Assembly (NCBI GenBank): GCA_963780185.1
Contig: CAWABA010000007.1
Span: 128,001-192,000, forward strand
Origin: Candidatus Bathyarchaeota archaeon
GTDB taxonomy: Archaea > Thermoproteota > Bathyarchaeia > Bathyarchaeales > Bathycorpusculaceae
DNA: 64,000 nucleotides
Reading direction: 5' to 3'
Shown here: piece after piece, positions 59,285 to 64,000 of the stretch
Position numbering within the stretch: position 1 is the first letter of the stretch
Layout of the letters: each line of letters opens with the position of its first letter
Notes under the pieces: model-generated
Seen by the model: the letters and a program-made list of their open reading frames with translations, nothing else
Database searches by the model: none
What the model was told of the DNA's origin: nothing
Position numbers and translations under genes: made by a program

Positions 59285-59493
59285 TTTCTGAATTTCTTTT
59301 TAATCGCTAAAAAAACCGACGGTTTTGACGTGTTCATACGTGGACTGCCATTTATTTGGCGGTCAATGCAGTTGGCTTGCACTGGTTTTTCAAATTTTAA
59401 GTGCTTGTTGCCGCTGAACGGTTTGTTTGACTTTATGTCGGAAAACTAATAAGGCTCAAGTTTGTTGTACAAAAACGGAAAAATGGTGATATT

Positions 59494-60513
59494 ATGGCAA
59501 TAAAAGTAGGAATTAACGGATTCGGAAGAATCGGCAGACTTCTTTACCGCGCAGCACTTGAACGCAACGCAAATATCGATTTCGTCGCAATCAACGACCT
59601 GGCGGACGCCAAAACGAACGCTCACCTTCTCAAATATGACTCAGTCCACGGACATTTCCCAGGCAAAATTGAAGTCGTCGGCAACGACATGGTTGTCAAC
59701 GGGAAAACCCTCAAATGCCTCAGCGTAAAAGACCCAGTGGCTCTGCCATGGAAAGACCTCGGAGTTTACTTAGCGGTGGAATCCACCGGCTTGTTCACCA
59801 ACCGCGAAGGCGCAAGCAAACATTTCCAAGCAGGCGCAAAAAAAGTCCTGATTAGCGCGCCAGCAGAAAACCCAGATGCAACCTTCGTTTTGGGCGTAAA
59901 TGACAAATCATATGATCCAGAAAAACACAATATTCTTAGCAACGCGTCATGCACAACAAACTGTCTAGCACCTGTCAGCAAGGTATTGGAAGACAACTTC
60001 GGCTTAGAAAAAGCCTTAATGACAACATGCCACAGCTACACAAACGACCAGAAAGTCCAAGACCTTGTCCATAAAGACCCCAGAAGGGCAAGAGCCGCAG
60101 CAATCAACATCATCCCAACAAGCACGGGTGCAGCAAAAGCAATCGGGCTGGTTTTGCCAAGTTGTGCAGGAAAAATGAATGGCTACTCACTTCGGGTGCC
60201 AACACCCGACGTCTCTATCGTTGACTTAACCGCTATACTGGGCAAAGACGTCACCAAAGAAGACATCAACGCAGCTATGAAGAAAGCCGCAGACGGACCA
60301 CTAAAAGGCATTCTGCAGTACACGGAAGATCCAATCGTTTCAACCGACGTACTACACAGCACCTACTCAGCAGTCTTCGATGCACAATTAACCATGGTTC
60401 TCGGCGAGAAAAGCAACTTCGTTAAAGTCTTCGCATGGTACGACAACGAATGGGGCTTTAGCAACCGCATGGTTGAATTCATTGAAATGATCGGCAAAAA
60501 AGCCAAACTATAA
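59494..60513 (+). CDS. gap: Type I (bacterial-type) glyceraldehyde-3-phosphate dehydrogenase
   Basis: [39 protein letters not shown]. Confidence 0.95.
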   Translation: MAIKVGINGFGRIGRLLYRAALERNANIDFVAINDLADAKTNAHLLKYDSVHGHFPGKIEVVGNDMVVNGKTLKCLSVKDPVALPWKDLGVYLAVESTGLFTNREGASKHFQAGAKKVLISAPAENPDATFVLGVNDKSYDPEKHNILSNASCTTNCLAPVSKVLEDNFGLEKALMTTCHSYTNDQKVQDLVHKDPRRARAAAINIIPTSTGAAKAIGLVLPSCAGKMNGYSLRVPTPDVSIVDLTAILGKDVTKEDINAAMKKAADGPLKGILQYTEDPIVSTDVLHSTYSAVFDAQLTMVLGEKSNFVKVFAWYDNEWGFSNRMVEFIEMIGKKAKL

Positions 60514-60591
60514 ACGCGCAAACAAACCAAAATTTCTTCCACCCCTTTCTTTTGGGAAAAAAACAGCAAAGTTAACTGAGATGTGAACTAT

Positions 60592-61824
60592 ATGGCAAAA
60601 TACAAAACACTCGATGACTTTGACGTAAAAAACAAGGTCGTTCTAGTCAGAGTTGACTTTAACTCGGAAATCGATCCCGTGACCAAGAAAGTTACAAGCG
60701 ACGTGCGAATAAGGGCGCATGCAGAATCAACGCTCAAAGAACTGGCGGAGAAAGGAGCCAAAACCGTCGTTTTAGCGCATCAGGGACGCAAAGGCGACCC
60801 CGACTACACATCACTCAAAGAACACGCAGCAATCCTGGGGAAAATCCTCAAATGCCCAGTGAAATACGTCGACGACTTATTCGGGGAAAAAGCAAAAACC
60901 GCCATCAAAAACTTGCAAAGCGGAGAAATCCTCGTCTTGGAAAACGTGCGCAGCTGGGACAAAGAAACCAAAAGCATGAGCCCCGAAGAAGCAAGCAAAA
61001 CCGAACTCGTCCAAAACCTCGCGCCCCTCGCAGACCTTTTCGTTAACGACGCCTTCGCCGCAGCACACCGCGGACACGTATCTATGGTCGGGTTCACCGC
61101 CGTGTTGCCTTCAGCCGCAGGCAGAATAATGGAGCGCGAACTCAAATCGCTTAGCCGCATCGTGGAGAAACCCGAGCACCCATGCGTCTACGTTATGGGC
61201 GGAGCCAAAGCCGATGACGCCTTAGAAATCAGCAAGTATGTGCTGGACAACGGCATCGCAGACTACATCCTCGTCGGCGGCGTCACCTCGCAGCTTTTCC
61301 TCGACGCAGACGGCATCGACCTCGGCAAGAAAACCATGGCTTTCCTCGCCAAAAAAGAACTCACCCAATTCATCCCAGGCATCAAAGCCCTCATGGCGAA
61401 ATACCCCGACAAAATAGTCGTGCCCGTAGACGCAGCCTTAGATGTAGATGGCAAACGCAAAGAAATCCCCATTAGCAAGCTGCCCACGGAATACAGCATC
61501 TTTGACCTCGGAAAGAAAACCGTCGAAAAATACGCCGCCATCATCAGCAAAGCCAAATCCATCGTCGTCAGCGGACCCATGGGCGTCTACGAAAACAAGC
61601 AGTTCAACTACGGCACCAAAGGCGTCTTCGAAGCCATCGCAAACAGCAAAGCCTTCAGCCTCGCAGGCGGCGGAAACACCATCGCAGCCATAGCGGAATA
61701 CGGCTTAACCAAAAAAATAGGCTACATCAGCACCGCAGGCGGAGCACTCATCGAATTTTTGATGGGCAAAAAACTCCCCGGCGTAACCGCACTCGAAACA
61801 GCAACAAAAACCAAAAAAATCTAA
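60592..61824 (+). CDS. pgk: Phosphoglycerate kinase (archaeal type)
   Basis: RVDFN, HQGR, LENVR, NDAFAAAHR, GGAK, STAGGA. Confidence 0.95.
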   Translation: MAKYKTLDDFDVKNKVVLVRVDFNSEIDPVTKKVTSDVRIRAHAESTLKELAEKGAKTVVLAHQGRKGDPDYTSLKEHAAILGKILKCPVKYVDDLFGEKAKTAIKNLQSGEILVLENVRSWDKETKSMSPEEASKTELVQNLAPLADLFVNDAFAAAHRGHVSMVGFTAVLPSAAGRIMERELKSLSRIVEKPEHPCVYVMGGAKADDALEISKYVLDNGIADYILVGGVTSQLFLDADGIDLGKKTMAFLAKKELTQFIPGIKALMAKYPDKIVVPVDAALDVDGKRKEIPISKLPTEYSIFDLGKKTVEKYAAIISKAKSIVVSGPMGVYENKQFNYGTKGVFEAIANSKAFSLAGGGNTIAAIAEYGLTKKIGYISTAGGALIEFLMGKKLPGVTALETATKTKKI

Positions 61825-61980
61825 ATTCCTTCCCTTTTTGATTTTACAGAATTTTTTTTAAGAAAAACAAATTGGGCATCACAATATCAACAAAGAGTCA
61901 AATAACCACATTAGAAATCATCCGAATGCAAGTTTAGCTGAGGCGAGAGGTCACAGGGCGAAGAAACAATAATCCGTTTT

Positions 61981-62290
61981 CTAAATCCTTTTTTCTGTAA
62001 GGTTTTGATGTTCATCAGTTACCGAGTTTCCATCTTTTGTCGCTTTTATCAACGTCAGCGCCATTTTTTGGTATTTTTTTAAATCAATACATTGCAACCT
62101 TGGAAATACATCTTGTATTTTCTTGAAATCAGTGTTAATGTCATAATATGCCTTGATTCTAAGTTTATCTATTTCTTCAGCGAAGAATACGTTTCCAGCA
62201 GGAACGACAAAAACAATAATCCCATCGTTCCAGAATTTCTTTAAAACTCACTTCTGCTAATCTGCGGTCTTTCATATGCTTATTTAGCTC
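61981..62290 (-). pseudogene. Degraded AT-rich gene fragment
   Basis: Open reading segment WNDGIIVFVVPAGNVFFAEEIDKL...KRI* lacking a proper start; frame break upstream. Confidence 0.3.
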
Positions 62291-62417
62291 ATCAGATAGC
62301 GAATTTCAGACATCTGCTCTTTCTCAGCAAAATAATTTCCTTAAATTTGTGTGGCTCTAACCAGAGGGACAAAAGCATTTATAGATTTAACGCAAATAAG
62401 AGCGTTTGATGGTTTAA

Positions 62418-62576
62418 ATGTCAAAAAAGAAACCAATCGTGCCTCCGGTTAGTGAAAGCGCACCATTCAAAGAGTTGGCAATTAAAACTGGTCTAAGAAA
62501 GCCAGACGCAAATCCGTCCAAAAGGATAGTTGTTCGAACAAAGACAAGAACGGAAATCTACGAGGAAGACCATTAG
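62418..62576 (+). CDS. 52-aa basic hypothetical protein
   Basis: ATG ORF MSKKKPIVPP...EEDH with TATA-like TTTATA upstream. Confidence 0.35.
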   Translation: MSKKKPIVPPVSESAPFKELAIKTGLRKPDANPSKRIVVRTKTRTEIYEEDH

Positions 62577-62715
62577 CGAATACCAACGAAAAACCTATTC
62601 AGCGCCCGCTACCTTTTGGATGTATTGTAACCGTGCTTACGCTCGTGAAATCAAAGGTGATAACGCTAAAACAATCTTATATCTTAAAACAACGGAAGAA
62701 TAGGCTGTCACTAAA

Positions 62716-64000
62716 GTGAAAGCTAATGCTGAATCTTACAAGCTCATAAGATATCTCTTGGTATCTTTGAGTCTCGTTTCAATGTTTTTTGCAGTGGTTT
62801 TTGCCTTCTATTTCTCAGTTCTTGCATATCCCTTCTTGATTTGCGGATTCATACTTTTATTTTGCGAAATCGTTTTTGTCTGGAAGAATCATCGATATTC
62901 TGACAAATCAAAACTAATTGCAAGCAAACTAATTCATGAGGAAATTTTGAAAGAAGCAACAGATATTTCCAATTCAACCAACCAAGTAAAGAACAGTGGA
63001 ACTTACTTGATTTATTCTAATAAAGAGAATATCATTTCAAGAATAAATTATCTGCTGAAAAAAATTGAAGCCTACTCGAATAAAAAAATGTTAGTTGAAG
63101 CTTTTGTCAACAGAACAAAAGGAGTTTTAAACGAGTGCAATGGAGTGATTCAAGCATACAATCATAATTTTGTTTCGCAAAGAAAGAAAGACTATGGCTA
63201 TCTTTGGAACAAAGGCAACATTTTGCTTGACGACGAACAACAAACAGCAATCGTAACGGATGAAAAATACAACCTCGTAGTCGCAGCTGCGGGCTCTGGG
63301 AAGACTGAAGTCTTAATCACAAGAATTGCTTACCTTACCGTTAGAAAACCTGATAGTGTGAATCCAAATAGAGTCTTGGCTATCGCTTACCAAAACAAAG
63401 ATGTAAAACAAATCGAAAGAAGACTTAATCAATATGGCATAATTGGAGTAAACGTAAAAACTTTCCACACCTTGGGACTTGATGTTCTACAAGAAGCCAA
63501 CATAATTAACAAGATTTTAGGCCGAACTGAACGTCCTGGAATCATAAAGACGATATTCGAAAACGAATTATCTGTAAATTCGGAGTTTTATCAAAAGTTC
63601 CTAAATTATATTAAATCCATTCATGAAAACGATTTAAACAATGAACCAACAGAAGAAATTAGCTCCATTAGAACAAGGAGTACATTTCCTTATACAGCGA
63701 TAAATAATGAACCAGTTAAAAGTCATGCTGAAAAACAGATTTTCGATTTCCTGCTAACGAACAAACTGAATAATCGCCCCATAAAAGTTGAATATGAGCA
63801 TGAAATAGAAAACGTCGGAAAACCCGACTTTTACTTACCTGAATACGACCTTTACATTGAACACTGGGGTCTAACAAAAAATGGCACAGTTCCAATATGG
63901 TTTGACCAAACAACTAAAGACTATCAAAGAAATAAAGAAAAAAAGAAACAGTGGTTTGAAGAAAATGGAAAATTGCTTGTAGAGACTTTTTCTCATGAAT
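62716..64000 (+). CDS. UvrD/helicase IV-like SF1 helicase with N-terminal TM helices and an inserted PD-(D/E)XK nuclease-like domain (runs off window end)
   Basis: LDDEQQTAI, AAAGSGKT, TFHTLG; KSHAEK...KPDFYLPEYDLYIEHWG; absent from the ORF track because it has no stop in the window. Confidence 0.85.
   Translation, partial: MKANAESYKLIRYLLVSLSLVSMFFAVVFAFYFSVLAYPFLICGFILLFCEIVFVWKNHRYSDKSKLIASKLIHEEILKEATDISNSTNQVKNSGTYLIYSNKENIISRINYLLKKIEAYSNKKMLVEAFVNRTKGVLNECNGVIQAYNHNFVSQRKKDYGYLWNKGNILLDDEQQTAIVTDEKYNLVVAAAGSGKTEVLITRIAYLTVRKPDSVNPNRVLAIAYQNKDVKQIERRLNQYGIIGVNVKTFHTLGLDVLQEANIINKILGRTERPGIIKTIFENELSVNSEFYQKFLNYIKSIHENDLNNEPTEEISSIRTRSTFPYTAINNEPVKSHAEKQIFDFLLTNKLNNRPIKVEYEHEIENVGKPDFYLPEYDLYIEHWGLTKNGTVPIWFDQTTKDYQRNKEKKKQWFEENGKLLVETFSHE

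Noticed and set aside
1-64000. CRISPR array, cas genes, rRNA, integrase or transposase
   Set aside because: No regularly spaced repeat-spacer array and no recognisable motifs for these genes were seen.

Overview
Archaeal chromosomal window, most consistent with Bathyarchaeia. Archaeal markers are TFE, archaeal-type PGK and signal peptidase, a BHB-intron tRNA-iMet and PE[FY]-type C-terminal anchors; the class assignment is inference. The housekeeping backbone includes a ferredoxin/MvhD-nfnAB redox operon, a frameshifted trxB, a rubredoxin-fused TPP enzyme, mgsA, glucan phosphorylase, gcvH, ino1, ribK, acdA, amrS, a hisG-D-C-B-H-A-F-I operon, tfe, gap-pgk and two tRNAs. Small accessory inserts interrupt it. 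The strongest signal is at 22.6-27.5 kb: an MNT-HEPN cassette bracketed by a duplicated, synonymously diverged promoter and 5' end of ino1, then an uncharacterised C39-like peptidase three-gene operon, then a VapBC pair bracketed by a 14-bp direct repeat, with no integrase in view. Other notable features are a dispersed modular non-coding repeat family (5 loci), a free-standing LAGLIDADG-like ORF beside tRNA-iMet, a NucS-like/HhH pair and apparent non-canonical start codons. No CRISPR array or rRNA was seen. All product calls come from motif recognition by eye, not database searches.
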